Positions 1-18,000 of a DNA stretch of 64,000 nucleotides are shown in pieces. This stretch comes from Eledone cirrhosa (taxonomy: Eukaryota), in assembly GCA_964016885.1 (NCBI GenBank), contig OZ024740.1, forward strand, positions 435,860,001 through 435,924,000. The letters run 5' to 3'. The notes under the pieces are model-generated. The model was not told the DNA's origin and searched no databases. It was given only the letters and a program-made list of their open reading frames with translations. The position numbers and the translations under genes are program-made. Within the stretch, counting starts at the first letter, position 1. Every line of letters begins with the position of its first letter.

Positions 1-3000
1 ATGGTACCAGGGTAGTGTCTACACTACATACATGGTACCAGGGTAGTGTCTACACTACATACATGGTATCAGGGTAGTGTCTACACTACATACATGGTAC
101 CAAGGTAGTGTCTACACTACATACATGGTACCAAGGTAGTGTCTACACTACATACATGGTACCAAGGTAGTGTCTACACTACATACACGGTACCGGGGTA
201 GTGTCTACACTACATACACGGTACCGGGGTAGTGTCTACACTAATGCTACCAGGGTAGCATCTACACTACATACATGGTACCGGGGTAGTGTCTACACTA
301 CATACATGGTACCGGGGTAGTGTCTACACTAATGCTACCAGGGTAGCATCTACACTACATACATGGTACCAGGGTAGTGTCTACACTACATACATGGTAC
401 CAGGGTAGTGTCTACACTACATACATGGTACCAGGGTAGTGTCTACACTACATACATGGTACCAAGGTAGTGTCTACACTACATACATGGTACCAAGGTA
501 GTGTCTACACTACATACACGGTACCGGGGTAGTGTCTACACTACATACATGGTACCGGGGTAGTGTCTACACTACATACATGGTACCAGGGTAGTGTCTA
601 CACTAATGCTACCAGGGTAATGTCTACACTACATACATGGTACCAGGGTAGTGTCTACACTACATACATGGTACCAGGGTAATGTCTACACTACATACAT
701 GGTACCAGGGTAGTGTCTACACTACATACATGGTACCAGGGTAGTGTCTACACTACATACATGGTACCAGGGTAATGTCTACACTACATACATGGTACCA
801 GGGTAGTGTCTACACTACATACATGGTACCAGGGTAGTGTCTACACTACATACATGGTACCAGGGTAATGTCTACACTACATTAATGGTACCAGGGTAGT
901 GTCTACACTACATACATGGTGCCAGGGTAATATCTACACTACATACATGGTACCAGGGTAGTGTCTACACTACATACATGGTACCAGGGTAGTGTCTACA
1001 CTACATACATGGTACCAGGGTAGTGTCTACACTACATTAATGGTACCAGGGTAATGTCTACACTACATACATGGTACCAGGGTAGTGTCTACACTACATA
1101 CATGCTACCAGGGTAGTGTCTACACTACATACATGGTACCAGGGTAGTGTCTACACTACATACATGGTACCAGGGTAGTGTCTACACTACATAATGGTAC
1201 CAGGGTAGTGTCTACACTACATACATGGTACCAGGGTAATGTCTACACTACGTACATGGTACCAGGTTAATGTCTACACTATATACATGGTACCAGGGTA
1301 ATGTCTACACTACATAAATGGTACCAGGGTAATGTCTACACTACATACATGGTACCATGGTAATGTCTACACTACATACATGGTACCATGGTAATGTCTA
1401 CACTACATACATGGTACCAGGGTAATGTCTACACTACATACATGGTACCAGGGTAGTGTCTACACTATATACATGGTACCAGGGTAATGTCTACACTACA
1501 TACATGGTACCAGGGTAATGTCTACACTACATACATGGTACCATGGTAATGTCTACACTACATACATGGTACCATGCTAATGTCTACACTACGTACATGG
1601 TACCAGGTTAATGTCTACACTATATACATGGTACCAGGGTAATGTCTACACTACATACATGGTACCAGGGTAATGTCTACACTACATACATGGTACCATG
1701 GTAATGTCTACACTACATACATGGTACCAGGGTAATGTCTACACTACATACATGGTACCAGTGTAATGTCTACACTACATACATGGTACCAGGGTAATGT
1801 CTACACTACATACATGGTACCAGGGTAGTGTCTACACTACATTGATGGTACCAGGGTAGTGTCTACACTACATACATGGTACCAGGGTAGTGTCTACACT
1901 ACATTAATGGTACCAGGGTAGTGTCTACACTACATATATGGTACCAGGGTAATGTCTACACTACATACATGGTACTAGGGTAATGTCTACACTACATTAA
2001 TGGTACCAGGGTAGTGTCTACACTACATTAATGGTACCAGGGTAGTGTCTGCACTACATACATGGTACCAGGGTAATGTCTACACTACATACATGCTACC
2101 AGGGTAGTGTCTACACTACATACATGGTACCAGTGTAGTGTCTACACTACATACATGGTACCAGGGTAATGTCTACACTACATACATGGTACCAGGGTAG
2201 TGTCTACACTACATACATGGTACCAGGGTAATGTCTACACTACATACATGGTACCAGGGTAGTGTCTACACTACATACATGGTAACAGGGTAATGTCTAC
2301 ACTACATACATGGTACCAGGGTAGTGTCTACACTACATACATGGTACCAGGGTAATGTCTACACTACATACATGGTACCAGGGTAGTGTCTACACTATAT
2401 TAATGGTACCATGGTAATGTCTACACTACATTAATGGTACCAGGGTAATGTCTACAGTGTATACATGGTACCAGGGTAATGTCTACACTACATACATGGT
2501 ACCAGGGTAGTGTCTACACTACATACATGGTACTAGGGTAATGTCTACACTACATTAATGGTACCAGGGTAATGTCTACACTACATTAATGGTACCAGGG
2601 TAGTGTCTACACTACATACATGGTATCAGTGTAGTGTCTACACTACATACATGGTACCAGGGTAATGTCTACACTACATACATGGTACCAGGGTAATGTC
2701 TACACTACATACATGGTACCAGGGTAATGTCTACACTACATACATGGTACCATGGTAATGTCTACACTACATACATGGTACCATGCTAATGTCTACACTA
2801 CGTACATGGTACCAGGTTAATGTCTACACTATATACATGGTACCAGGGTAATGTCTACACTACATACATGGTACCAGGGTAATGTCTACACTACATACAT
2901 GGTACCATGGTAATGTCTACACTACATACATGGTACCAGGGTAATGTCTACACTACATACATGGTACCAGTGTAATGTCTACACTACATACATGGTACCA

Positions 3001-6000
3001 GGGTAATGTCTACACTACATACATGGTACCAGGGTAATGTATACACTACATACATGGTACCAGGGTAGTGTCTACACTACATTAATGGTACCAGGGTAGT
3101 GTCTACACTACATACATGGTACCAAGGTAGTGTCTACACTACATACATGGTACCAGGGTAGTGTCTACACTACATACATGGTACCAGGGTAGTGTCTACT
3201 CTACATACATGGTACCAGGGTAATGTCTACACTACATTAATGGTACCAGGGTAGTGTCTACACTACATACATGGTGCCAGGGTAATATCTACACTACATA
3301 CATGCTACCAGGGTAGTGTCTACACTACATACATGGTACCAGGGTAGTGTCTACACTACATACATGGTACCAGGGTAGTGTCTACACTACATACATGGTA
3401 CCAGGGTAGTGTCTACACTACATACATGGTACCAGGGTAATGTCTACACTACATACATGGTACCAGGGTAGTGTCTACACTACATACATGGTACCAGGGT
3501 AGTGTCTACACTACATACATGGTACCAGGGTAGTGTCTACACTACATACATGGTACCAGGGTAGTGTCTACACTACATACATGGTACCAGGGTAGTGTCT
3601 ACACTACATACATGGTACCAGGGTAATGTCTACACTACATACATGGTACCAGGGTAGTGTCTACACTACATACATGGTACCAGGGTAGTGTCTACACTAC
3701 ATACATGGTACCAGGGTAATGTCTACACTACATACATGGTACCAGGGTAATGTCTACACTACATACATGGTACCAGGGTAGTGTCTACACTACATACATG
3801 GTACCAGGGTAGTATCTACACTACATACATGGTACCAGGGTAGTGTCTACACTACATTAATGGTACCAGGGTAATGTCTACACTACATACATGGTACCAG
3901 GGTAGTGTCTACACTACATACATGCTACCAGGGTAGTGTCTACACTACATACATGGTACCAGGGTAGTGTCTACACTACATACATGGTACCAGGGTAGTG
4001 TCTACACTACATACATGGTACCAGGGTAGTGTCTACACTACATACATGGTACCAGGGTAATGTCTACACTACGTACATGGTACCAGGTTAATGTCTACAC
4101 TATATACATGGTACCAGGGTAATGTCTACACTACATAAATGGTACCAGGGTAATGTCTACACTACATACATGGTACCATGGTAATGTCTACACTACATAC
4201 ATGGTACCATGGTAATGTCTACACTACATACATGGTACCAGGGTAATGTCTACACTACATACATGGTACCAGGGTAGTGTCTACACTACATACATGGTAC
4301 CAGGGTAATGTCTACACTACATACATGGTACCAGGGTAATGTCTACACTACATACATGGTACCATGGTAATGTCTACACTACATACATGGTACCATGCTA
4401 ATGTCTACACTACGTACATGGTACCAGGTTAATGTCTACACTATATACATGGTACCAGGGTAATGTCTACACTACATACATGGTACCAGGGTAATGTCTA
4501 CACTACATACATGGTACCATGGTAATGTCTACACTACATACATGGTACCAGGGTAATGTCTACACTACATACATGGTACCAGTGTAATGTCTACACTACA
4601 TACATGGTACCAGGGTAATGTCTACACTACATACATGGTACCAGGGTAATGTCTACACTACATACATGGTACCAGGGTAGTGTCTACACTACATTGATGG
4701 TACCAGGGTAGTGTCTACACTACATACATGGTACCAGGGTAGTGTCTACACTACATTAATGGTACCAGGGTAGTGTCTACACTACATATATGGTACCAGG
4801 GTAATGTCTACACTACATACATGGTACTAGGGTAATGTCTACACTACATTAATGGTACCAGGGTAGTGTCTACACTACATTAATGGTACCAGGGTAGTGT
4901 CTACACTACATACATGGTACCAGGGTAATGTCTACACTACATACATGCTACCAGGGTAGTGTCTACACTACATACATGGTACCAGTGTAGTGTCTACACT
5001 ACATACATGGTACCAGGGTAATGTCTACACTACATACATGGTACCAGGGTAGTGTCTACACTACATACATGGTAACAGGGTAATGTCTACACTACATACA
5101 TGGTACCAGGGTAGTGTCTACACTACATACATGGTACCAGGGTAATGTCTACACTACATACATGGTACCAGGGTAGTGTCTACACTATATTAATGGTACC
5201 ATGGTAATGTCTACACTACATTAATGGTACCAGGGTAATGTCTACAGTGTATACATGGTACCAGGGTAATGTCTACACTACATACATGGTACCAGGGTAG
5301 TGTCTACACTACATACATGGTACTAGGGTAATGTCTACACTACATTAATGGTACCAGGGTAATGTCTACACTACATTAATTGTACCAGGGTAGTGTCTAC
5401 ACTACATACATGGTATCAGTGTAGTGTCTACACTACATACATGGTACCAGGGTAATGTCTACACTACATACATGGTACCAGGGTAATGTCTACACTACAT
5501 ACATGGTACCAGGGTAATGTCTACACTACATACATGGTACCATGGTAATGTCTACACTACATACATGGTACCATGCTAATGTCTACACTACGTACATGGT
5601 ACCAGGTTAATGTCTACACTATATACATGGTACCAGGGTAATGTCTACACTACATACATGGTACCAGGGTAATGTCTACACTACATACATGGTACCATGG
5701 TAATGTCTACACTACATACATGGTACCAGGGTAATGTCTACACTACATACATGGTACCAGTGTAATGTCTACACTACATACATGGTACCAGGGTAATGTC
5801 TACACTACATACATGGTACCAGGGTAATGTATACACTACATACATGGTACCAGGGTAGTGTCTACACTACATTAATGGTACCAGGGTAGTGTCTACACTA
5901 CATACATGGTACCAGGGTAGTGTCTACACTACATTAATGGTACCAGGGTAGTGTCTACACTACATATATGGTACCAGGGTAATGTCTACACTACATACAT

Positions 6001-9000
6001 GGTACTAGGGTAATGTCTACACTACATTAATGGTACCAGGGTAGTGTCTACACTACATTAATGGTACCAGGGTAGTGTCTACACTACATACATGGTACCA
6101 GGGTAGTGTCTACACTACATTAATGGTACCAGGGTAGTGTCTACACTACATACATGGTACCAGGGTAATGTCTACACTACATACATTGTACCAGGTTAGT
6201 GTCTACACTACATACATGGTACCAGGGTAATGTCTACACTACATACATGGTACCAGGGTAGTGTCTACACTATATTAATGGTACCATGGTAATGTCTACA
6301 CTACATTAATGGTACCAGGGTAATGTCTACAGTGCATACATGGTACCAGGGTAATGTCTACACTACATACATGGTACCAGGGTAGTGTCTACACTACATA
6401 CATGGTACTAGGGTAATGTCTACACTACATTAATGGTATCAAGGTAATGTCTACACTACATTAATGGTACCAGGGTAGTGTCTACACTACATACATGGTA
6501 TCAGTGTAGTGTCTACACTACATACATGGTACCAGGGTAATGTCTACACTACATTAATGGTACCAGGGTAATGTCTACACTACATTGATGGTACCAGGGT
6601 AGTGTCTACACTACATACATGGTAACAGGGTAGTGTCTACACTACATACATGGTACTAGGGTAATGTCTACACTACATACATGGTACCAGGGTAATGTCT
6701 GCACTACATACATGGTACCAGGGTAGTGTCTACACTACATACATGGTACCAGGGTAGTGTCTATACTACATTAATGGTACCAGGGTAATGTCTACACTAC
6801 ATACATGGTTCCAGGGTAGTGTCTACACTATATACATGGTACCAGGGTAGTGTCTACACTACATACATGTTACCAGGGTAGTGTCTACACTACATACATG
6901 GTACCAGGATAGTGTCTACACTGCATACATGCTACCAGGGTAGTGTCTACACTACATACATGGTACCAGAGTAGTGTCTACACTACATACATGGTACCAG
7001 GGTAATGTCTGCACTACATTAATGGTACCAGGGTAATGTCTACACTACATACATGGTACCAGGGTAGTGTCTACACTACATACATGGTACAAGGGTAATG
7101 TCTACACTAATGGTACCAGGATAATGTCTAAACTACATTAATAGTACCAGGGTAATGTCTACACTACATACATGGTACCAGGGTAATGTCTACGCTACAT
7201 ACATGGTACCATGGTAATGTCTACACTACATACATGGTACCAGGGTAATGTCTGCATTAGATTAATGGTACCAGGGTAATGTCTACACTACATACATGGT
7301 ACCAGGATAATGTCTACACTACATACATGGTACCAGGGTAATGTCTACACTACATTAATGGTCCAAGGGTAATGTCTACACTACATTAATGGTACAAGGG
7401 TAATTTCTACACCACATTAATGGTACCAGGGTAGTGTCTACACTACATTAATAGTACCAGGGTAATGTCTACACTACATACATGGTACCAGGGTAATGTC
7501 TACACTACATACATGGTACCAGCGTAATGTCTACACTACATTAATGGTACTAGGGTAGTCTCTACACTACATAAATGGTACCAGGGTAGTGTCTACACTA
7601 CATACATGGTACCAGGGTAGTGTCTACACTACATACATGGTACCAGGGTAATGTCTACACTACATACATGGTACCAGGGTAGTGTCTACACTACATTAAT
7701 GGTACCAGGGTAGTGTCTACACTACATACAGGCTACCAGGGTAATGTCTACACTACATACATGGTACCAGGGTAATGTCTACACTACATACATGGTACCA
7801 GGGTAATGTCTACACTACATACATGGTAATGTCTACACTACATTAATGGTACCAGGGTAATGTCTACACTACATTAATAGTACCAGGGTAATGTCTACAC
7901 TACATACATGGTACCAGGGTAATGTCTACACTACATACATGGTACCAGGGTAGTGTCTACACTACATTAATGGTACCAGGGTAGTGTCTACACTACATAC
8001 ATGGTACCAGGGTAGTGTCTACACTACATACATGGTACCAGGGTAATGTCTACACTACATACATGGTACTAGGGTAATGTCTACACTACATTAATGGTAC
8101 CAGGGTAATGTCTACACTGCATACATGGTACCAGCGTAGTGTCTACACTACATACATGGTACCATGGTAATGTCTACACTACATACATGGTACCAGGGTA
8201 ATATCTACACTACATACATGGTACCAGGGTAATATCTACACTACATACATGGTACCAGGGTAGTGTCTACACTACATACATGGTACCAGGGTAGTGTCTA
8301 CACTACATACATGGTACCAGGGTAATGTCTACACTACATACATGGTACCAGGGTAATGTCTACACTACATACATGGTACCAGGGTAATGTCTACACTACA
8401 TAAATAGTACCAGGGTAATGTCTACACTACATACATGGTACCAGGGTAGTGTCTACACTACATACATGGTACCAGGGTAGTGTCTACACTACATACATGG
8501 TACCAGAGTAATGTCTACACTACATACATGGTACCAGGGTAGTGTCTACACTACATTAATTGTACCAGGGTAATGTTTACACAACATACATGGTACCAGG
8601 GTAATGTCTACACTACATACATGGTACCAGAGTTGTGTCTACACTACATACATAGTACCAGGGTAGTGTCTACACTACATACATGGTACCAGGGTAGTGT
8701 CTACACTACATTAATGGTACCAGGGTAGTGTCTACACTACATACATGGTACCAGGGTAATGTCTACACTACATACATGGTACCAGGGTAGTGTCTACACT
8801 ACATTAATGGTACCAGGGTAGTGTCTACACTACATATATGGTACCAGGGTAGTGTCTACACTACATTAATGGTACCAGGGTAGTGTCTACACTACATATA
8901 TGGTACCATGGTAATGTCTACACTACATACATGGTACCAGGGTAATATCTACACTACATACATGGTACCAGGGTAATATCTACACTACATTAATGGTACC

Positions 9001-12000
9001 AGGGTAATGTCTACACTGCATACATGGTACCAGGGTAGTGTCTACACTACATACATGGTACCATGGTAATGTCTACACTACATACATGGTACCAGGGTAA
9101 TATCTACACTACATACATGGTACCAGGGTAATATCTACACTACATTAATGGTACCAGGGTAATATCTACACTACATACATGGTACCAGGGTAATGTCTAC
9201 ACTACATTAATGGTACCAGGGTAATGTCTACACTACATACATGGTACCAGGGTAATGTCTACACTACATACATGGTACCAGGGTAATGTCTACACTACAT
9301 TAATGGTACCAGGGTAATGTCTACACTACATACATGGTACCATGGTAATATCTACACTACATACATGGTAATGTCTACACTACATTAATGGTACCATGGT
9401 AATGTCTACACTACATACATGGTACCATGGTAATGTCTACACTACATACATGGTACCAGGGTAATGTCTACACTACATACATGGTACCAGGGTAATGTCT
9501 ACACTATATACATGGTAATGTCTACACTACATTAATGGTACCATGGTAATGTCTACACTACATACATGGTACCATGGTAATGTCTACACTACATACATGG
9601 TACCAGTGTAATGTCTACACTACATACATGGTACCAGGGTAGTGTCTACACTACATACATGGTAACAGGGTAATGTCTACACTACATACATGGTACCAGG
9701 GTAGTGTCTACACTATATACATGGTACCAGGGTAATGTCTACACTACATACATGGTACCAGGGTAATGTCTACACTACATACATGGTACCAGGGTAATGT
9801 CTACACTACATACATGGTACCAGGGTAGTGTCTACACTACATACATGGTACTAGGGTAATGTCTACACTACATTAATGGTACCAGGGTAATGTCTACACT
9901 ACATTAATGGTACCAGGGTAATGTCTACACTACATTAATGGTACCAGCGTAGTGTCTACACTACATACATGGTACCAGCGTAGTGTCTACACTACATACA
10001 TGGTACTAGGGTAATGTCTACACTACATACATGGTACCAGGGTAATGTCTGCACTACATACATGGTACCAGGGTAGTGTCTACACTACATTAATGGTACC
10101 AGGGTACTGTCTACACTACATTAATGGTACCAGGGTAGTGTCTACACTACATACATGGTACCAGGGTAGTGTCTACACTACATACATGGTACCAGGGTAC
10201 TGTCTACACTACATACATGGTACCATGGTAATGTCTACACTACATACATGGTACCAGGGTAATATCTAGACTACATTAATGGTACCTGGGTAATGTCTCC
10301 ACTACATACATGGTACCAGGGTAGTGTCTACACTACATACATGGTACAAGGCTAGTGTCTACACTACATACATGGTACCAGGGTAATGTCTACACTACAT
10401 TAATGGTACCATGGTAATATCTACACTACATACATGGTAATGTCTACACTACATTAATGGTACCATGGTAATGTCTACACTACATACATGGTACCATGGG
10501 AATGTCTACACTACATACATGGTACCAGGGTAATGTCTACACTACATACATGGTACCAGGGTAATGTCTACACTACATACATGGTAATGTCTACACTACA
10601 TTAATGGTACCATGGTAATGTCTACACTACATACATGGTACCATGGTAATGTCTACACTACATACATGGTACCATGGTAATGTCTACACTACATACATGG
10701 TACCAGGGTAATGTCTACACTATATACATGGTAATGTCTACACTACATTAATGGTACCATGGTAATGTCTACACTACATACATGGTACCAGGGTAATGTC
10801 TACACTACATACATGGTACCAGGGTAATGTCTACACTACATACATGGTACCAGTGTAGTGTCTACACTACATTAATGGTACCAGGGTAATGTCTACACTC
10901 CATTAATGTTACCAGGGTAGTGTCTACCCTACATACATGGTACCAGGGTAGTGTCTACAATACATTAATGGTACCAGGGTAGTGTCTACACTACATACAT
11001 GGTACCAGCGTAATGTCTACACTACATACATGTTACCAGGGTAGTGTCTACACTACATACATGGTACCAGTGTAGTGTATTCACTACATACATGGTACCA
11101 GGGTAATGTCTACACTACATACATGGTACCAGGGTAATGTCTACACTACATACATGGTACCAGGGTAGTGTCTACACTACATACATGGTAACAGGGTAAT
11201 GTCTACACTAGATACATGGTACCAGGGTAGTGTCTACACTATATACATGGTACCAGGGTAATGTCTACACTACATACATGGTACCAGGGTAATGTCTACA
11301 CTACATACATGGTACCAGGGTAATGTCTACACTACATACATGGTACCAGGGTAGTGTCTACACTACATACATGGTACTAGGGTAATGTCTACACTACATT
11401 AATGGTACCAGGGTAATGTCTACACTACATTAATGGTACCAGGGTAGTGTCTACACTACATACATGGTATCAGTGTAGTGTCTACACTACATACATGGTA
11501 CCAGGGTAATGTCTAACTACAGTAATGGTACCAGGGTAATGTCTACACTACATTAATGGTACCAGGGTAGTGTCTACACTACATACATGGTACCAGGGTA
11601 GTGTCTACACTACATACATGGTACTAGGGTAATGTCTACACTACATACATGGTACCAGGGTAATATCTACACTACATTAATGGTACCAGGGTAATGTCTA
11701 CACTGCATACATGGTACCAGGGTAGTGTCTACACTACATACATGGTACCATGGTAATGTCTACACTACATACATGGTACCAGGATAATGTCTACACTACA
11801 TTAATGGTACCAGGGTAGTGTCTACACTACATACATGGTACCAGGGTAATGTCTACACTACATTAATGGTACCTGGGTAATGTCTACACTACATTAATGG
11901 TACCAGGGTAATGTCTACACTACATTAATGGTATCAGGGTAATATCTACACTACATACATGGTACCAGGGTAATGTCTACACTACATACATGGTACCAGG

Positions 12001-15000
12001 GTAGTGTCTACACTACATACATGGTACCATAGTAATGTGTACACTACATACGTGGTGCCAGGGTAATGTCTACACTACATACATGGTAATGTCTACACTA
12101 CATTAATGGTACCAGGGTAATGTCTACACTACATACATGGTACCAGGGTAGTGTCTACACTACATGCATGGTACCATGGTAATGTCTACACTACATACAT
12201 GGTACCAGGGTAATGTCTACACTATATACATGGTAATGTCTACACTACATTAATGGTACCATGGTAATGTCTACACTACATACATGGTACCAGGGTAGTG
12301 TCTACACCACATACATGGTACCATGGTAATGTCTACACTACATACATGGTACCAGGGTAATGTCTACACTACATAGATGGTAATGTCTACACTACATTAA
12401 TGGTACCAGGGTAGTGTCTACACTACATACATGGTACCATGGTAATGTCTACACTACATACATGGTACCAGGGTAGTGTCTACACTACATACATGGTAAT
12501 GTCTACACTACATTAATGGTACCAGGGTAATGTCTCCACTACATACATGGTAGCAGGGTAATGTCTACACTACATACATTGTACCAGGGTAGTGTCTACA
12601 CTACATACATGGTACCAGGGTAGTGTCTACACTACATACATGGTACCAGGGTAGTGTCTACACTACATTAATGGTACCAGGGTTGTGTCTACACTACATA
12701 CATGGTACCAGGGTAGTGTCTACACTACATACATGGTACCAGGGTAATGTCTACACTACATACATGGTACCAGGGTAGTGTCTACACTACATTAATGGTA
12801 CCAGGGTAGTGTCTACACTACATACATGGTACCAGGGTAGTGTCTACACTACATTAATGGTACCTGGGTAGTGTCTACACTACATATATGGTACCAGGGT
12901 AATGTCTACACTACATACATGGTACTAGGGTAATGTCTACACTACATTAATGGTACCAGGGTAATGTCTACACTGCATACATGGTACCAGGGTAATGTCT
13001 ACACTACATTAATGGTACCAGGGTAATGTCTACACTACATACATGGTACCAGGGTAATGTCTACACTACATACATGGTACCAGGGTAATGTCTACACTAC
13101 ATTAATGGTACCAGGGTAGTGTCTACACTACATACATGGTACCAGGGTAATGTCTACACTACATTAATGGTCCCTGGGTAATGTCTACACTACATTAATG
13201 GTACCAGGGTAATGTCTACACTACATTAATGGTATCAAGGTAATATCTACACTACATACATGGTACCAGGGTAATGTCTACACTACATACATGGTACCAG
13301 AGTAATATCTACACTACATACATGGTACCAGGGTAGCGTCTACACTACATACATGGTACCAGAGTAATATCTAGACTACATTAATGGTACCAGGGTAGTG
13401 TCTACACTACATACATGGTACCAGGGTAGTGTCTACACTACATACATGGTACCAGGGTAGTGTCTACACTACATACCTGGTACCAGGGTACTGTCTACAC
13501 TACATACATGGTACCATGGTAATGTCTACACTACATACATGGTACCAGGGTAATATCTAGACTACATTAATGGTTCCAGAGTAGTGTCTACACTACATAC
13601 ATGGTACAAGGCTAGTGTCTACACTACATACATGGTACCAGGGTAATGTCTACACTACATTAATGGTACCAGGGTAATGTCTACACTACATACATGGTAC
13701 CATGGTAATATCTACACTACATACATGGTAATGTCTACACTACATTAATGGTACCATGGTAATGTCTACACTACATACATGGTACCATGGTAATGTCTAC
13801 ACTACATACATGGTACCAGGGTAATGTCTACACTACATACATGGTACCAGGGTAATGTCTACACTACATACATGGTAATGTCTACACTACATTAATGGTA
13901 CCATGGTAATGTCTACACTACATACATGGTACCATGGTAATGTCTACACTACATACATGGTACCAGGGTAATGTCTACACTACATACATGGTAATGTCTA
14001 CACTACATTAATGGTACCAGGGTAATGTCTACACTACATACATGGTACCAGGGTAGTGTCTACACTATAATAATGGTACCAGGGTAGTATCTACGCTATA
14101 TACATGGTACCAGGGTAATGTCTACACTACATTAATGGTACCAGGGTAATGTCTACACTACATACATGGTACCAGGGTAATGTTTACACTACTTTAATGG
14201 TACCATGGTAATGTCTACACTACATACATGGTACCAGGGTAATGTCTACACTACATACATGGTACCAGGGTAATGTCTACACTACATACATGGTAATGTC
14301 TACACTACATTAATGGTACCAGGGTAATGTCTACACTACATACATGGTACCAGGGTAGTGTCTACACTATAATAATGGTACCAGGGTAGTATCTACGCTA
14401 TATACATGGTACCAGGGTAATGTCTACACTACATTAATGGTACCAGGGTAATGTCTACACTACATACATGGTACCAGGGTAATGTTTACACTACTTTAAT
14501 GGTACCATGGTAATGTCTACACTACATACATGGTACCAGGGTAATGTCTACACTACATACATGGTACCAGGGTAATGTCTACACTACATACATGGTAATG
14601 TCTACACTACATTAATGGTACCAGGGTAGTGTCTACACTACATACATGGTACCATGGTAATGTCTACACTAAATACATGGTACCAGGGTAGTGTCTACAC
14701 TACATACATGGTAATGTCTACACTACATTAATGGTACCAGGGTAATGTCTCCACTACATACATTGTACCAGGGTAGTGTCTACACTACATACATGGTACC
14801 AGGGTAATGTCTACACTACATACATGGTACCAGGGTAATGTCTACACTACATACATGGTACCAGGGTAGTGTCTACACTACATACATGGTACCAGGGTAG
14901 TATCTACACTACATTAATGGTAACAGGGTAGTGTCTACACTACATATATGGTACCAGGGTAATGTCTACACTACATACATGGTACTAGGGTAATGTCTAC

Positions 15001-18000
15001 ACTCCATTAATGGTACCAGGGTAATGTCTACACTACATACATGGTACCAGGGTAATGTCTACACTACATTAATGGTACTAGGGTAATGTCTACACTACAT
15101 ACATGGTACCAGGGTAATGTCTACACTACATACATGGTACCAGGTTAATGTCTACACTACATACATGGTACCAGGGTAGTGTCTACACTACATACATGGT
15201 ACCAGGGTAATGTCTACACTACATTAATAGTACCAGGGTAATGTCTACACTACATACATGGTACTAGGGTAATGTCTACACTACATTAATGGTACCAGGG
15301 TAGTGTCTACACTACATACATGGTACCAGGGTGATGTCTACACTACATTAATGGTACCTGGGTAATGTCTACACTACATTAATGGTATCAGGGTAATATC
15401 TACACTACATACATGGTACCAGGGTAATGTCTACACTACATACATGGTACCAGGGTAATGTCTACACTACATACATGGTACCAGGGTAGTGTCTACACTA
15501 CATACATGGTACCAGAGTAATGTCTACACTACATACATGGTACCAGGGTAATGTCTACACTACATACATGGTACCAGGGTAATGTCTACACTACATACAT
15601 GGAACCAGGGTACTGTCTACACTACATACATCGTACCATGGTAATGTCTACACTACATTAATGGTACCAGGGTAGTGTCTACACTACATACATGGTACCA
15701 GGGTAATATCTAGACTACATTAATGGTACCAGGGTAGTGTCTACACTACATACATGGTACCAGGGTAGTGTCTACACTACATACATGGTACCAGGGTAGT
15801 GTCTACACTACATACATGGTACCAGGGTACTGTCTACACTACATACATGGTACCAGGGTAATGTCTACACTACATACATGGTACCAGGGTAATGTCTGCA
15901 TTACATTAATGGTACCAGGCTAATGTCTACACTACATACATGGTAATGTCTACACTACATATATGGTACCAGGGTAATGTCTACACTACATTAATGGTAC
16001 CAGGGTAATTTCTACACCACATTAATGGTACCAGGGTAGTGTCTACACTACATTAATAGTACCAGGGTAATGTCTACACTACATACATGGTACCAGGGTA
16101 ATGTCTACACTACATACATGGTACCAGGGTAGTGTCTAGACTACATTAATGGTACCAGGGTAATGTCTACACTACATTAATGGTACCAGGGTAGTGACTA
16201 CACTACATACATGGTACCAGGGTAGTGTCTACACTACATACATGGTACCAGGGTCGTGTCTACACTACATACATGGTACCAGGGTAGTGTCTGCACTCCA
16301 TACATGGTACCAGGGTAATGTCTACACTACATACATGGTACTAGGGTAATGTCTACACTACATTAATGGTACCAGGGTAGTGTCTACACTACATACATGG
16401 TACCAGGGTAGTGTCTACACTACATACATGGTACCAGGGTAATGTCTACACTACATACATGGTAATGTCTACACTACATACATGGTACCATGGTAGTGTC
16501 TACACTACATACATGGTACCAGTGTAATGTCTACACTACATACATGGTACCAGGGTAGTGTCTACACTACATACATGGTACCAGGGTAGTGTCTACACTA
16601 CATACATGGTACCAGGGTAATATCTACACTACATTAATGGTACCAGGGTAATGTCTACACTACATACATGGTACCAGGGTAATGTCTACACTACATTAAT
16701 GGTACCAGGGTAATGTCTACACTACATACATGGTACCAGGGTAATGTCTACACTACATACATGGTACCAGGGTAATGTCTACACTACATACATGGCACCA
16801 GGGTAATGTCTACACTACATACATGGTACCAGGGTACTGTCTACACTACATACATGGTACCAGGGTAATATCTAGACTACATTAATGGTACCAGGGTAGT
16901 GTCTACACTACATACATGGTACCAGGGTAGTGTCTACACTACATACATGGTACCAGGGTAATGTCTACTACATACATGGTACCAGGGTAGTGTCTACACT
17001 ACATTAATGGTACCAGGGTAGTGTCTACACTACATACATGGTACCAGGGTAGTGTCTACACTACATTAATGGTACCAGGGTAGTGTCTACACTACATATA
17101 TGGTACCAGGGTAATGTCTACACTACATACATGGTACTAGGGTAATGTCTACACTACATTAATGGTACCAGGGTAGTGTCTACACTACATACTTGGTACC
17201 AGGGTAGTGTCTACACTACATACATGGTACCAGGGTAGTGTCTACACTACATACATGGTACCAGGGTAATGTCTACGCTACATACATGGTACCTGGGTAA
17301 TGTCTACACTACATTAATGGTATCAGGGTAATATCTACACTACATACATGGTACCAGGGTAATGTCTACGCTACATACATGGTACCTGGGTAATGTCTAC
17401 ACTACATTAATGGTACCAGGGTAATGTCTACACTACATTAATGGTATCAGGGTAATATCTACACTACATACATGGTACCAGGGTAATGTCTACACTACAT
17501 ACATGGTACCAGGGTAATGTCTACACTACATACATGGTACCTGGGTAGTGTCTACACTACATACATGGTACCAGAGTAATGTCTACACTACATACATGGT
17601 ACCAGGGTAATGTCTACACTACATACATGGTACCAGGGTACTGTCTACACTACATACATGGTACCAGGGTAATATCTAGACTACATTAATTGTACCAGGG
17701 TAGTGTATACACTACATACATGGTACCAGGGTAGTGTCTACACTACATACATGGTACCTGGGTAATGTCTACACTACATTAATGGTACCTTGGTAATGTC
17801 TCCACTACATTAATGGTACCAGGGTAGTGTCTACACTACATACATGGTACCAGGGTAATGTCTACACTACATTAATGGTACCAGGGTAATGTCTACACTA
17901 CATACATGGTACCATGGTAATATCTACACTACATACATGGTAATGTCTACACTACATTAATGGTACCCTGGTAATGTCTACACTACATACATGGTACCAT